The notes: generated by a model not told the origin, from the sequence alone. Shown: positions 1 to 8,802, counted from the stretch's first letter. The stretch: 64,000 nt of DNA from an uncultured Ohtaekwangia sp. (GCA_964392375.1 CAYMPU010000070.1:3664-67663); one strand, 5' to 3'. Made by a program: numbers and translations.

Positions 1-2
1 TG

Positions 3-1808
3 TCGCTAAAGATCAACGGTGACGAGTGGAACATTTCTTCGCAGGGTCAGACGTGCCGAAACAATACGCTGAATTTACTGGCATTTGATAAATCTTCCAG
101 CGCACCGTATGCAGGGATTCCCTTCGGGCTCTTTGACCAGCGCACGTGCGGCCGGGAACCGCAGATGATCAACAATTTTAATCCGGCCGAAATGGACTTT
201 GTACCGGATGGTATCGCGAAATGGGTAGCGAACATCAAACCGAGTGACTCCGTAGTGATCTTCTCCATAGGGGATGCCGGATATTCATCATGGTCACTGA
301 ATACCAAGCAGCAACTCGAGCTCCTGGGTATTGGTCAATCGCAGCTGGATGTGCTTCAGCCGGGCGAACCTTTTGTTTTGCTGGCCAGGAAGGGGAGCGC
401 TGCAGGTTCAGCAACGCTGCTCAGGCCTTCCGGCGCACCGGCCAATGCCCAACCGCTTTTGGTCAATGCTACCATCACCGGGAGATATTCTCAAGGTGCG
501 GTCACATCCTCGTTGATTGGACCCGCGCAACAGTGGGGTTCTCTCACCACGAAGGTGGCGGGCGTTACGGCTGCCGACAGTATTTCTTTTGATGTTGTTG
601 GTGTCTCCTTAACAGGAGAGGAGACATTGCTGAAGCGTCTTACCGCCGGAACACATGATGTAAGCGACATTGATGCGGTCAGCTATCCCAATCTTCGCCT
701 TGTCTATCACCTCATCGATTCCATCGACCTCACGCCAGTCCAACTTCGCAAATGGATGGTCACGTTCACACCGACCGCCGAGGGTATGCTGACGTATGCA
801 GGGACTGTCGGCACCGAAGTGTACCAAGAGGGGGATACCTGGAAAGGCGACTATGGTTTTGTGAACCTATCGAGCCGTCTATTCTCCGATTCCCTGACGG
901 TACGCGCCGACGTCTTCTCCCGCAACACCCGCAGTCTTGATCGTAAGGAATTCAAGATCAAGGCTCCATCGCCGGGGGATACCACAAAATTTGAGGTGAG
1001 CGTCAACACGACGAACAAAGGTGGGCTCAACGATATCACGGTTTACGTAAACCCCCGAATACTTCCAGAACTGTATTATGACAATAACATTCTGCCGTTG
1101 TATGAACGGCTGGATGTTGAAATGGATGAGAGCGGTCCTTTACTCGATGTGACCATCGACGGGCGACATGTTGTCAATGGAGACATTGTTTCGACCTCGC
1201 CGCTTATCCGGGCAAAGGTGATCGATCGCAATCCGTTCTTGCTCAAGACCGATACCACCGGATTTAATTTCTATATGCGCTATCCTTGCGATGACCCCGC
1301 GGGTTGTCCGTTCGTCCGGATTGACTTTACCGACCCCTACCTCGCCTGGTTTCCCGCCGCGCCGGCGGAAGACTTCCGGGTGGAGTACCGCCCTCCAAAC
1401 CTGGTTCCGGGTGATTACATCATCCGAATGGAGGCAACCGATGCGCGGGGGAATGCGAGCGGCGAAGAGCCTTTTGAGGTGATGTTTACCGTAAGTGATG
1501 AAGATGCGTTTGTGGTGCAGTCGGTGTACCCTAACCCGTCACCGGATGTTTTCTACTTCAAGGTATTTATGGGTGGGGCTATGCCAGATGACTTCCGCCT
1601 GGAGCTCTTCTCAACAACGGGTACCCCGATTCAATATTTTAGAACGGAATCGCTTTCAAAGTTGCACATTGGAACCAACGATATTCAGGTGGATGCTGTT
1701 GATGCTGCGGGAAATCTCCTCCCGGTAGGCGTTTACCTCTACCGCTTCACGGTCATCATCGGAGACAAGACGGTGATCACTTCAGGAAGGCTGGTTGTCA
1801 GCCGCTGA
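3..1808 (+). CDS. C-terminal part of a large T9SS-secreted protein (C25/PorU2-like architecture: ILEI-like, Ig/CARDB-like and T9SS C-terminal sorting domains); 5' end outside the window
   Basis: Frame is open from base 3 (SLKINGDEWNISSQGQTCRNN...) into ORF 165..1808. It contains a CARDB-like 'VYVNPRILPELYYDNN', 'PLLDVTIDGRHVVNGDIVS' and a T9SS CTD 'VYPNPSPD...LPVGVYLYRF...SGRLVVSR'. Confidence 0.7.
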   Translation, partial: SLKINGDEWNISSQGQTCRNNTLNLLAFDKSSSAPYAGIPFGLFDQRTCGREPQMINNFNPAEMDFVPDGIAKWVANIKPSDSVVIFSIGDAGYSSWSLNTKQQLELLGIGQSQLDVLQPGEPFVLLARKGSAAGSATLLRPSGAPANAQPLLVNATITGRYSQGAVTSSLIGPAQQWGSLTTKVAGVTAADSISFDVVGVSLTGEETLLKRLTAGTHDVSDIDAVSYPNLRLVYHLIDSIDLTPVQLRKWMVTFTPTAEGMLTYAGTVGTEVYQEGDTWKGDYGFVNLSSRLFSDSLTVRADVFSRNTRSLDRKEFKIKAPSPGDTTKFEVSVNTTNKGGLNDITVYVNPRILPELYYDNNILPLYERLDVEMDESGPLLDVTIDGRHVVNGDIVSTSPLIRAKVIDRNPFLLKTDTTGFNFYMRYPCDDPAGCPFVRIDFTDPYLAWFPAAPAEDFRVEYRPPNLVPGDYIIRMEATDARGNASGEEPFEVMFTVSDEDAFVVQSVYPNPSPDVFYFKVFMGGAMPDDFRLELFSTTGTPIQYFRTESLSKLHIGTNDIQVDAVDAAGNLLPVGVYLYRFTVIIGDKTVITSGRLVVSR

Positions 1809-1811
1809 TGG

Positions 1812-2567
1812 CTACCACTCTGCGGTAGGATCCATCCGGAATACTTCACTCATCTCATCGAGCATCGGCTGAAGATGTTCGCTGTGCTTGCCGATCCGAC
1901 CACCGATTAACGGTGTGATGACGGTCCAGTCGGGTGTCTCCAGCTGTGTGGCGGACAACACGGCCTCAACCATCGATTTCCATGCGGCCATCAAAGCTTT
2001 TTCTCCGTCAAAGATTTTATCGGAAATGAGTGCAGCCTCGTAGGGTGATTCCTCAAACATCCCTAGCGCGTAAGGCAAGGCTGTCTTGAGCGACTTTTGA
2101 AGGCGACCGATACTATCTTCCGTTGCGGACCCGAGTTGCTTCACCCAAGTATTCGCGTGGAGGGTATGGTACCGGAGTTCTCCCTGAATTTTCTTTGCCA
2201 GTTGCGCCAGTGGCTCATAGGAGGAGCGTGTCAGCATCTCCCAGCGCAGGGCATCGGCCGTGTCGAAGAGAAAATGACGGATGAGACTGAAGTCGTATTC
2301 CTGGTTAGGGAGTTCGTTGAGCACACAGTTGTGAAACTGCTCAGCATTGCGTGTAAAAGCCACCGTATCGGGAGCCTGCTCGCCCAACCCCTGAAGCAGT
2401 TGAAAGAGCACATAGCTTTGTCCGATCTTGTCTTGCGCCATCGACGAAAATGCGATGTCTTCCTCCAGCAGGGGACCCATACCCGTCCACTCGGAGTTGC
2501 GATGGCCGAGGATCAGCAGATCGTCAGCCATTTTGTAGAGAAGCTCTTTTAATGCCAGTTCATTCAT
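1812..2567 (-). CDS. paaC: 1,2-phenylacetyl-CoA epoxidase subunit C
   Basis: 'ADDLLILGHRNSEW...LEEDIAFSSMAQDKIGQ', 'ELRYH', 'GGRIGKHSEHL..MLDEM' and terminal 'AEW'; in an operon with paaA/paaB. Confidence 0.92.
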   Translation of the reverse strand: MNELALKELLYKMADDLLILGHRNSEWTGMGPLLEEDIAFSSMAQDKIGQSYVLFQLLQGLGEQAPDTVAFTRNAEQFHNCVLNELPNQEYDFSLIRHFLFDTADALRWEMLTRSSYEPLAQLAKKIQGELRYHTLHANTWVKQLGSATEDSIGRLQKSLKTALPYALGMFEESPYEAALISDKIFDGEKALMAAWKSMVEAVLSATQLETPDWTVITPLIGGRIGKHSEHLQPMLDEMSEVFRMDPTAEW

Positions 2568-3169
2568 GCGTTGCGTCGTTCGAGAAATCCCTTGAGTTTG
2601 TCGCCACCCTTGTAGTCGGAAGCATCCCTGAATTTCTTATCGGGCAGCGTCTGCCACAGGATGGCTTCCTCTTCGCTGGTTCTCCGGATGGCACCGCTCC
2701 GCACAGCCCACACGTTGAAGATGGTTTTGGTATTCAGCGTTTCTTTGGCTTTTGACATTGCCTCTTCCGGACTGCCGGCCATCACGGTTCCTGCGTGAAC
2801 ATGCTGCTTGCCGCGTTTGGGCAGATGATAAATTTCGTAAGCTTCAGGGGTATTCGCTGATGAGGACGCCGGAATGAGATCGTAAGCGTTTTGCTCACCT
2901 TCGGTCATGGGGCTAACAAACACATCCCGCGTTTCTGTGACATAGAGTGAGCTGCAGGTGAACCGGCGTGTGAAGGCTTCCTTGGCCAGGACATACGCCA
3001 TCTCGAGATTCGGCGCGTGAACGATGCCTTCGTGCTGAAAAGGCTTTCCTTCTTTAGGCTGCACAAAAACTTCAAATGATCCGAACTGATCCAGTGGCAC
3101 CTTGGGCGCAATCACACCGGGTGTACCTGGTACAGGAAGGCGGTTGACACGTGGATCGAGGGAGTTCAC
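2564..3169 (-). CDS. paaB: Phenylacetyl-CoA epoxidase subunit B, tandem two-domain form
   Basis: Two PaaB-like units ('FEVF...HEGIVHAPNLEMAYVLAKEAFTRR' and 'YEIY...HVHAGTVMAGSPEEAMSKAKE') plus a C-terminal 'DKKFRD'; GTG start; lies between paaA and paaC. Confidence 0.8.
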   Translation of the reverse strand: MNSLDPRVNRLPVPGTPGVIAPKVPLDQFGSFEVFVQPKEGKPFQHEGIVHAPNLEMAYVLAKEAFTRRFTCSSLYVTETRDVFVSPMTEGEQNAYDLIPASSSANTPEAYEIYHLPKRGKQHVHAGTVMAGSPEEAMSKAKETLNTKTIFNVWAVRSGAIRRTSEEEAILWQTLPDKKFRDASDYKGGDKLKGFLERRNA

Positions 3170-3244
3170 AGGAGGCTGTTGGCAGTTGGGTTTTGGTATT
3201 GGTAGATACTCGTAGACGTAAAGTGATTGTTAACAATTCAACAC

Positions 3245-4231
3245 TTAGGCAAGCGGAGTGATGTAGGCTGTTTTCGACGACTTCAGCGCCTCGCGTACCC
3301 ACTTCCCGCGTTCTTCGGCAATGCGTCGAACTTCCAGCCGTTCCTTGTTGCAGGGACCATCACCGTTGATCACGCGCTTGAACTCTTCCCAGTCTGGCTC
3401 GGTGTAATCCCAGCGGCCCGTGTCCGGGTTCTTCTTCAGTTTTGGGTCGGGAATGGTGAAGCCGAGTTCCAGAATTTTGGGGACATACATATCGAGGAAC
3501 TGGTTACGCATGTCGTCATTCGATCCCATTTTCACTTTCCAGCGCATGAGTACCTCGGTGTGCACAGAGATCTTATCCGACGGTCCGAAGAAGTGCATCA
3601 TGGGTGGCCACCAGCGGTTGAGGGCTTCCTGGAACATGGCGCGCTGCTTCGGTGTTCCGGAAGCGAGGTAGATCACACAATGGTGCCCGTACTTCAGGTG
3701 GAAGGATTCTTCGGCGCAGATCCGGTCGAGTGCGCGGCAATAGGGGCCATAGCTTCCTTTTGCGTTGGCAAGCTGGTTGACAATGGCGCCTGCGTCGACG
3801 AGCCATGAGATAAAGCAGCAATCGGCCCACGTGAAGGTGGGGTAGTTGAAGATGTTGGAGTATTTGGATTTGCCGGAGATCAGGTCATCGATCATTTCTT
3901 CCCGTGACTTGCCGAGCGTCTCGGCGGCGCTGTAGAGGAGCTGGCCGTGGCCGACTTCATCCTGCACCTTGGCCATCAGCGACATCTTCCGTTTGAAGCC
4001 GGGTGCACGGGTGATCCACGTACCTTCGGGAAGTGCGCCGATGATCTCGCTGTGCGCGTGCTGCTCGATCATGCGAATGAGCTGCTTGCGATACAGTTGC
4101 GGCATCCAGTCGCCAGGCTCGATCTTCTCGCCACGCGCGATGCGGGCTTCAAATTCAGCCAGTTTTTGCGGATCCTCCTGTGCGAGGCCGTCCGTTTTTA
4201 TGCCTTCAAAAGTGTTGCCTCCGCCGTACAT
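3245..4231 (-). CDS. paaA: 1,2-phenylacetyl-CoA epoxidase subunit A (di-iron catalytic subunit)
   Basis: 'KIEPGDWMP', 'QHAHSEIIG', '[10 protein letters not shown]', '[11 protein letters not shown]', 'EESFH'. Start moved to ATG 4231 (MYGGGN), downstream of a TATCTTTG promoter element. Confidence 0.95.
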   Translation of the reverse strand: MYGGGNTFEGIKTDGLAQEDPQKLAEFEARIARGEKIEPGDWMPQLYRKQLIRMIEQHAHSEIIGALPEGTWITRAPGFKRKMSLMAKVQDEVGHGQLLYSAAETLGKSREEMIDDLISGKSKYSNIFNYPTFTWADCCFISWLVDAGAIVNQLANAKGSYGPYCRALDRICAEESFHLKYGHHCVIYLASGTPKQRAMFQEALNRWWPPMMHFFGPSDKISVHTEVLMRWKVKMGSNDDMRNQFLDMYVPKILELGFTIPDPKLKKNPDTGRWDYTEPDWEEFKRVINGDGPCNKERLEVRRIAEERGKWVREALKSSKTAYITPLA

Positions 4232-4271
4232 AAGTATTTGATAAGCGCTGTTTCTATAGAGAATTACACCC

Positions 4272-4279
4272 CAAAGATA
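4272..4279 (-). promoter_or_regulatory. Bacteroidota sigma70 -7 element for paaABC
   Basis: Minus strand TATCTTTG matches TAnnTTTG, about 40 bp upstream of the paaA ATG. Confidence 0.6.
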
Positions 4280-4328
4280 ACAAACAACCGAGGAGAATGT
4301 TGAACGGCCTGGTGCGCCCCTGGGCCGC

Positions 4329-4796
4329 CTAGTGCGCCCCTCCGGGCCCATGCACGTGGCCGTGGGCGATCTCGTCGGTGGTAGCCGTACGCACCTCCAT
4401 CACCTCAACCTTAAAGTTGAGATCTACGCCCGCCAGGGCATGGTTGGCATCCACGGTAACATTTTCAAGACCGATGTTGGTGACAGTGACGACCATGCCG
4501 TTATTGGAGTGGAACTGCATGCCTTTCTCAATCGGCTGATCACCAAAGGCAGAACGGGGAACTTGCTGAATGAGCCGTTCGTCACGAACGCCATAGCCTT
4601 TCTCAGGACTGATTTTCAGATTGAGCTTCGCGCCAGTTTCCTGACCCTCAAGTCCTTCTTCCATTCCGGGAATCAGGTTGCCTTCGCCATGGAGGTAGTA
4701 CAGGGGGTCGCGTCCCTCGCTGCTGTCCAGTATTTTTCCGCTGTTGTCGCTCAGCGTGTAGTGTATCGCTGCGACTGTGTGTTTGGTGATTTTCAT
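4329..4796 (-). CDS. slyD: FKBP-type peptidyl-prolyl cis-trans isomerase SlyD
   Basis: 'IHYTL...[25 protein letters not shown]', 'VDANHALAG' and His-containing tail '[11 protein letters not shown]'. Start taken as ATG 4796. Confidence 0.93.
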   Translation of the reverse strand: MKITKHTVAAIHYTLSDNSGKILDSSEGRDPLYYLHGEGNLIPGMEEGLEGQETGAKLNLKISPEKGYGVRDERLIQQVPRSAFGDQPIEKGMQFHSNNGMVVTVTNIGLENVTVDANHALAGVDLNFKVEVMEVRTATTDEIAHGHVHGPGGAH

Positions 4797-4835
4797 CGAT
4801 TGGAATATTTCGCCGAAAGGTAAGGAGTGAGCAAA

Positions 4836-4956
4836 TAGGTTGCTAATAGTTTGTGAATAGCGGGTAAATAGTTTCCTAGTAGCCGGTGAGTAGTTTGCTA
4901 GTAGCTTCCTAGTAGCTTGTAAGTAGTTTCCTAGTAGCGGGTAAGTAGTTGTTAAT
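4836..4956. repeat. Degenerate 11-bp tandem array, 11 units, each beginning with TAG
   Basis: Units: TAGGTTGCTAA, TAGTTTGTGAA, TAGCGGGTAAA, TAGTTTCCTAG, TAGCCGGTGAG, TAGTTTGCTAG, TAGCTTCCTAG, TAGCTTGTAAG, TAGTTTCCTAG, TAGCGGGTAAG, TAGTTGTTAAT. Confidence 0.9.
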
Positions 4957-5084
4957 TCAGATGAGCTGAAAACGCAGATTTGTGCCCGAAATTCACTAAC
5001 CGGTCGTAGAAAAGGCCAAATTTCCAACGAATGCCCCTTCGGCCCTTTTCCATCGAATTATTCTAATTTTATCTGTATAGAAAG

Positions 5085-6146
5085 ATGCCTCGCCTGATCA
5101 AGCCTATCCTGCTCATTGCTGCCGTCATGAACCTGGTGGTCGGCATGCTGTCCGGACTTGGCCGACTGGGTTGGAGCGTACCTTTGCCGGAAGCCTATGC
5201 CCATCACGGCGCGATCATGGTCGGTGGTTTTTTGGGAAGCCTCATCGCTCTCGAGAAGATCATCCCATTGAAGCAACCATGGTTTTTTGTGGGGCCGCTG
5301 TTGAGTGTCTCCAGTATCTTCGTCTTCATCCTGGGCGATCTTCATGTGGCATTGGGAATGCAACTGGCGGCCGGTGTCGTGTTTCTCCTGGTTTACCTTA
5401 CGTATTTACGAACACAAAGTAGTATCTATCTGCTTCTGGCCCTCGTCGGAGCGCTATGCTGGACGATTGCCACGGCGATGTTGTTTTGGAAGACGTTCTA
5501 CCCCATGGTTTTCCCATGGTACATCGGGTTTCTCTTGTTTACCATCGTCTCCGAGCGACTGGAGCTTTCCCGCTTCTTGCCGGTGACGACTTCAAATCGA
5601 AATTTTCTCTACGTATTTCTCATGCTGTTCATGGTGGGAATCCTGCTCCCGTTTCATGGCATAGGAATATACCTTGCAGGAGCAGCACTCATCCTTATCA
5701 GCAGCTGGCTGATGCGTTATGATGTCATCCGACTCACGATCAAGAAAGAAGGATTGGCACGGTTCACCGCTGTTGTACTCCTGTGTGGCTATGTAGCGCT
5801 CATGTTCGAGGGAATGTTGCTTTTGTTCTTGGGTGATATCCCCTTCGGCTACGATATGATCGTGCACACGTTCTTCCTTGGGTTTGTCTTCTGCATGATC
5901 TTTGCCCACGGTCCGATCATTCTTCCGGGTGTCCTTGGACTGTCCGTCAAACCCTATCATCCCTTATTGTATTTCCCGGTGGTCATTCTGCTCGCCTCGC
6001 TGATCACACGGCTGCTTGCTGATGCTTACCTGATCCCTCTCGATTACAGAGCACTGAGTGGCTGGTCGGCCATGGCGGGAATTCTGCTGTATTTCATGAT
6101 GATGGCCTTCTTCACGCTGCGGGCTGTGCGGGCAGCAAGGGTCTGA
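5085..6146 (+). CDS. Polytopic membrane protein, NnrS-like
   Basis: About 12 hydrophobic segments, with 'HHGAIMVGGFLGSLIALEK', 'TIVSERLELSR' and 'YDMIVHTFFLGFVFCMIFAHGPIILP', which resemble the heme/Cu-binding NnrS-type proteins. Confidence 0.55.
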   Translation: MPRLIKPILLIAAVMNLVVGMLSGLGRLGWSVPLPEAYAHHGAIMVGGFLGSLIALEKIIPLKQPWFFVGPLLSVSSIFVFILGDLHVALGMQLAAGVVFLLVYLTYLRTQSSIYLLLALVGALCWTIATAMLFWKTFYPMVFPWYIGFLLFTIVSERLELSRFLPVTTSNRNFLYVFLMLFMVGILLPFHGIGIYLAGAALILISSWLMRYDVIRLTIKKEGLARFTAVVLLCGYVALMFEGMLLLFLGDIPFGYDMIVHTFFLGFVFCMIFAHGPIILPGVLGLSVKPYHPLLYFPVVILLASLITRLLADAYLIPLDYRALSGWSAMAGILLYFMMMAFFTLRAVRAARV

Positions 6147-6173
6147 TATCGTTGCACAACTTCCACTGTTATC

Positions 6174-6209
6174 CTGACCAATGTCAAGGGCTGGTCTGAT
6201 GTCCATCAT
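6174..6209. promoter_or_regulatory. Two tandem Crp/Fnr-type boxes
   Basis: CTGAC-CAAT-GTCAA (6174-6187) and CTGAT-GTCC-ATCAT (6196-6209) resemble TTGAT-N4-ATCAA. They are offset by 22 bp and lie upstream of the kinase/REC-Crp operon. Confidence 0.6.
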
Positions 6210-6265
6210 GCCTTAGGCAAGGATTGGGGTCTATTTTCGTTGGCCATGATTTCGTGGATGTAAAC

Positions 6266-7708
6266 ATGAACCGCACACGCCTTCGGTTGTGGTATCTTCT
6301 GTTGGGCATTGTTCTGATGCTGGGGGTCTTCTTGTTTGAAATCAATACGCATGTTTTGGAGACGGTAGGATACCTGGCCGCCATTCTCTTCTTCCTCTGG
6401 GTTTCTGGTGTTGTGATCATTGCCTTTGTGCTGAATGAACGGGACCGTATGGCAGAACTGAAACGAGCACGGCAGAACAACGAAGAATTGGAGAAGCGGG
6501 TGATTGAGCGGACCAGTGAAATGAAGCGGGCGTTTGCCGAGAGCGAAGAGATGAACCGAAGACTGCAAGGAGAGATTCAGGATCGGATTCGCATCGAAGA
6601 AAAGCTGGAAGCCAGTCAGCACCTTCATACCGCCATCGCGGCGAATTTCCCCAATGGTTGGATTGGTGTGTTGAACGAGAACCTGGAATTTGAATTCATC
6701 GATGGAAAAGGTATGGACCATTGCGAAATCAGACCTGAGACTTTGTTGGGCCAGAAGTTCGTTACGCACTTTCATTCGCCAAAGATTGAAGAGTTCCTTC
6801 GGGATTCCTTTGGGGGAAAGATCAGGGCCTTTGAAATGCGTTGCGCTACGAATGTCTGCGAGGTTGATGCGGTATCCTTTCCAAACGGCAAGCAACTGCT
6901 CGTGTTGATCCACGATATCACCAAACGAAAGAAAGTCGAACAAGAATTGACCGCCGCACTGGCCCGGGAACGGGAGCTGAGCGACATGAAATCGAAATTT
7001 GTGACCCTGGCATCCCATGAGTTCCGTACACCCCTGACGACGATCCTTTCCTCTTCTTACCTGTTGAACCACTATACCGGAGAGAAATTTGAGCATGAAA
7101 AGGCTGTTCACCTGGGCAGGATCAATCACTCGGTGACCGTGATGACCGATATACTCAATGACTTCCTTTCCCTCGGCAAACTGGAGGAAGGTAAGATTGC
7201 ACCGGTAAGCGATGTTATGCATGTGAATACCTTCTTGCAGGAATTGACCAAAGAGATGGAGGGCCACCTCGGCGAGGGACAGCGCATAACGGTTGCCCAC
7301 ACCGGAGCAGAGCGGGTTACCACCGACAAGAAACTACTCCGCAATATTCTCTTCAACCTGCTCTCAAACGCCATCAAATATTCGCCCGCTAATGATTGTG
7401 TCGTGGTGGAATCAAAAGCCACAAGGGATCTTCTTGCCATCAAAGTCATTGATCATGGTTTGGGAATCCCGGAGAGCGATCGCAAGAACATTTTCAAGAG
7501 GTTCTACAGGGCCAGTAACGTTTCAAATATCGAGGGAACGGGGCTGGGACTGAATATCACGAGGAAGTATCTGCAACTGCTGGGCGGATCGATAGAATTT
7601 TCCAGTGAGCCAGGCGTGGAGACGGTATTCTCGATTACTATTCCATTGCCGAGATCCGATGATGCACTAACCCCCGATCCCTATGCGCTACAAAATATTG
7701 GTGATTGA
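6266..7708 (+). CDS. Membrane-anchored PAS-domain sensor histidine kinase
   Basis: Two N-terminal TM segments, a coiled coil, PAS-like region ending 'HDITKRK', H-box 'ASHEFRTPL', N-box 'NLLSNAIKYS', and G-boxes 'DHGLGI' and 'GTGLGL'. Start taken as ATG 6266. Confidence 0.9.
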   Translation: MNRTRLRLWYLLLGIVLMLGVFLFEINTHVLETVGYLAAILFFLWVSGVVIIAFVLNERDRMAELKRARQNNEELEKRVIERTSEMKRAFAESEEMNRRLQGEIQDRIRIEEKLEASQHLHTAIAANFPNGWIGVLNENLEFEFIDGKGMDHCEIRPETLLGQKFVTHFHSPKIEEFLRDSFGGKIRAFEMRCATNVCEVDAVSFPNGKQLLVLIHDITKRKKVEQELTAALARERELSDMKSKFVTLASHEFRTPLTTILSSSYLLNHYTGEKFEHEKAVHLGRINHSVTVMTDILNDFLSLGKLEEGKIAPVSDVMHVNTFLQELTKEMEGHLGEGQRITVAHTGAERVTTDKKLLRNILFNLLSNAIKYSPANDCVVVESKATRDLLAIKVIDHGLGIPESDRKNIFKRFYRASNVSNIEGTGLGLNITRKYLQLLGGSIEFSSEPGVETVFSITIPLPRSDDALTPDPYALQNIGD

Positions 7709-8741
7709 AGACAATGCTGCGATGCGTGCCAACATCGCCGGCATCCTGGAGTTGGGGGACTACGATGTCCTGACGGCGGCTAACGGGAAGTTGGGGGTCG
7801 CACTCGCCCAGCAGCATCAACCCGACCTGATCCTCTGCGATATCATGATGCCGGAGTTGGACGGTTACGGTGTTTTACATATCCTGAGCAAGGATCCCAA
7901 AACGGCCGTCATTCCCTTTATTTTTCTTACAGCGAAGGCAGAGAAGAGTGATGTCCGTGAGGGTATGGGACTCGGAGCCAATGATTACATCACCAAGCCC
8001 TTCGATGGTTCAGAATTGCTGCGCGTTGTGGAGTTACAGTTGAAGAGGCAGGAGCTGTTGAAGACCACGTTTGCCAACGATGTAAAGAATTTTGATGATT
8101 TTGTGGACCGGACCAAACAGTTTACGGACTTTGGGAAACTTTACGAACATCAACGGAGCAAGAAGATCCGGAAGAGGGACTTTCTTTTCATGGAAGGTGA
8201 AGAGCCCAATGATGTGTTCTATATCCAACATGGTCATATCAAGACGTATCGTACGACTCGGGACGGAAAGGAATTCGTCACTGGACTCCACCGCGACGGA
8301 GCCTTCATCGGCTTCCTTCCGCTGTTGGAACATACCAACTACCAGGAAACGGCGGTTGCTCTTGAGGACTCGGAAGTTCGCATGATGCCAAAAGATGTCT
8401 TTAGCAACCTGATTTTTACCAACCGGGAAGTTTCCAGGCAGTTCATCCGGCTACTGGCCAATGACCTTGCCGACGCAGAAAAGCGACTCCTCGAGATTGC
8501 CTACCAACCCGTCCGTCAGCGCGTGGCCCTGACCTTATTGCGCTTGCACGACCAGGCGGAATTGCGGAAAGGCATCAAGCGCATTTCCATTTCCCGCAAG
8601 GACATGTCGTCGATTGTGGGAACGGCGACAGAATCCCTGAATCGTACGCTGGCTGATTTTCGTGATGAGAAGCTCATTACGATGACCCATGACGGAATAG
8701 AAATTCTGGATCGGGGTAAGTTGGAGGGGTCTTCGCGGTAG
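7683..8741 (+). CDS. Response regulator: receiver domain fused to Crp/Fnr cNMP-binding and HTH domains
   Basis: REC 'LVIED...CDIMMPELDG...FLTAK...YITKPF', a cNMP-like barrel 'VFYIQHGHIK', and HTH_Crp 'SRKDMSSIVGTATESLNRTLADF'. Confidence 0.9.
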   Translation: MRYKILVIEDNAAMRANIAGILELGDYDVLTAANGKLGVALAQQHQPDLILCDIMMPELDGYGVLHILSKDPKTAVIPFIFLTAKAEKSDVREGMGLGANDYITKPFDGSELLRVVELQLKRQELLKTTFANDVKNFDDFVDRTKQFTDFGKLYEHQRSKKIRKRDFLFMEGEEPNDVFYIQHGHIKTYRTTRDGKEFVTGLHRDGAFIGFLPLLEHTNYQETAVALEDSEVRMMPKDVFSNLIFTNREVSRQFIRLLANDLADAEKRLLEIAYQPVRQRVALTLLRLHDQAELRKGIKRISISRKDMSSIVGTATESLNRTLADFRDEKLITMTHDGIEILDRGKLEGSSR

Positions 8742-8771
8742 GGGAAGGGTAATGCGCTTGGGCTAGCCAAC

Positions 8772-8800
8772 AAAAGAAAACCCTCCAAGTAGGAGGGTTT
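8772..8800 (-). terminator. Rho-independent terminator after tRNA-Leu (possibly bidirectional)
   Basis: Stem AAACCCTCC / GGAGGGTTT with a 5-nt loop; a U-rich tail follows on the minus strand. Confidence 0.8.
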
Positions 8801-8802
8801 CG

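Noticed and set aside
3178-3237. Degenerate TTGG-containing short repeats and the ATTGTTAACAAT palindrome between paaA and paaB
   Set aside because: Short, AT-rich and inside an operon; not distinguishable from chance.
4836-4956. CRISPR array interpretation of the 11-bp array
   Set aside because: Units are contiguous 11-mers with no 23-47-bp repeats or unique spacers, and there are no cas genes.
4797-5027. N-terminal extension of SlyD through the repeat array
   Set aside because: TTG start, and a -7-like element lies just upstream of ATG 4796; kept only as a testable alternative in the findings.
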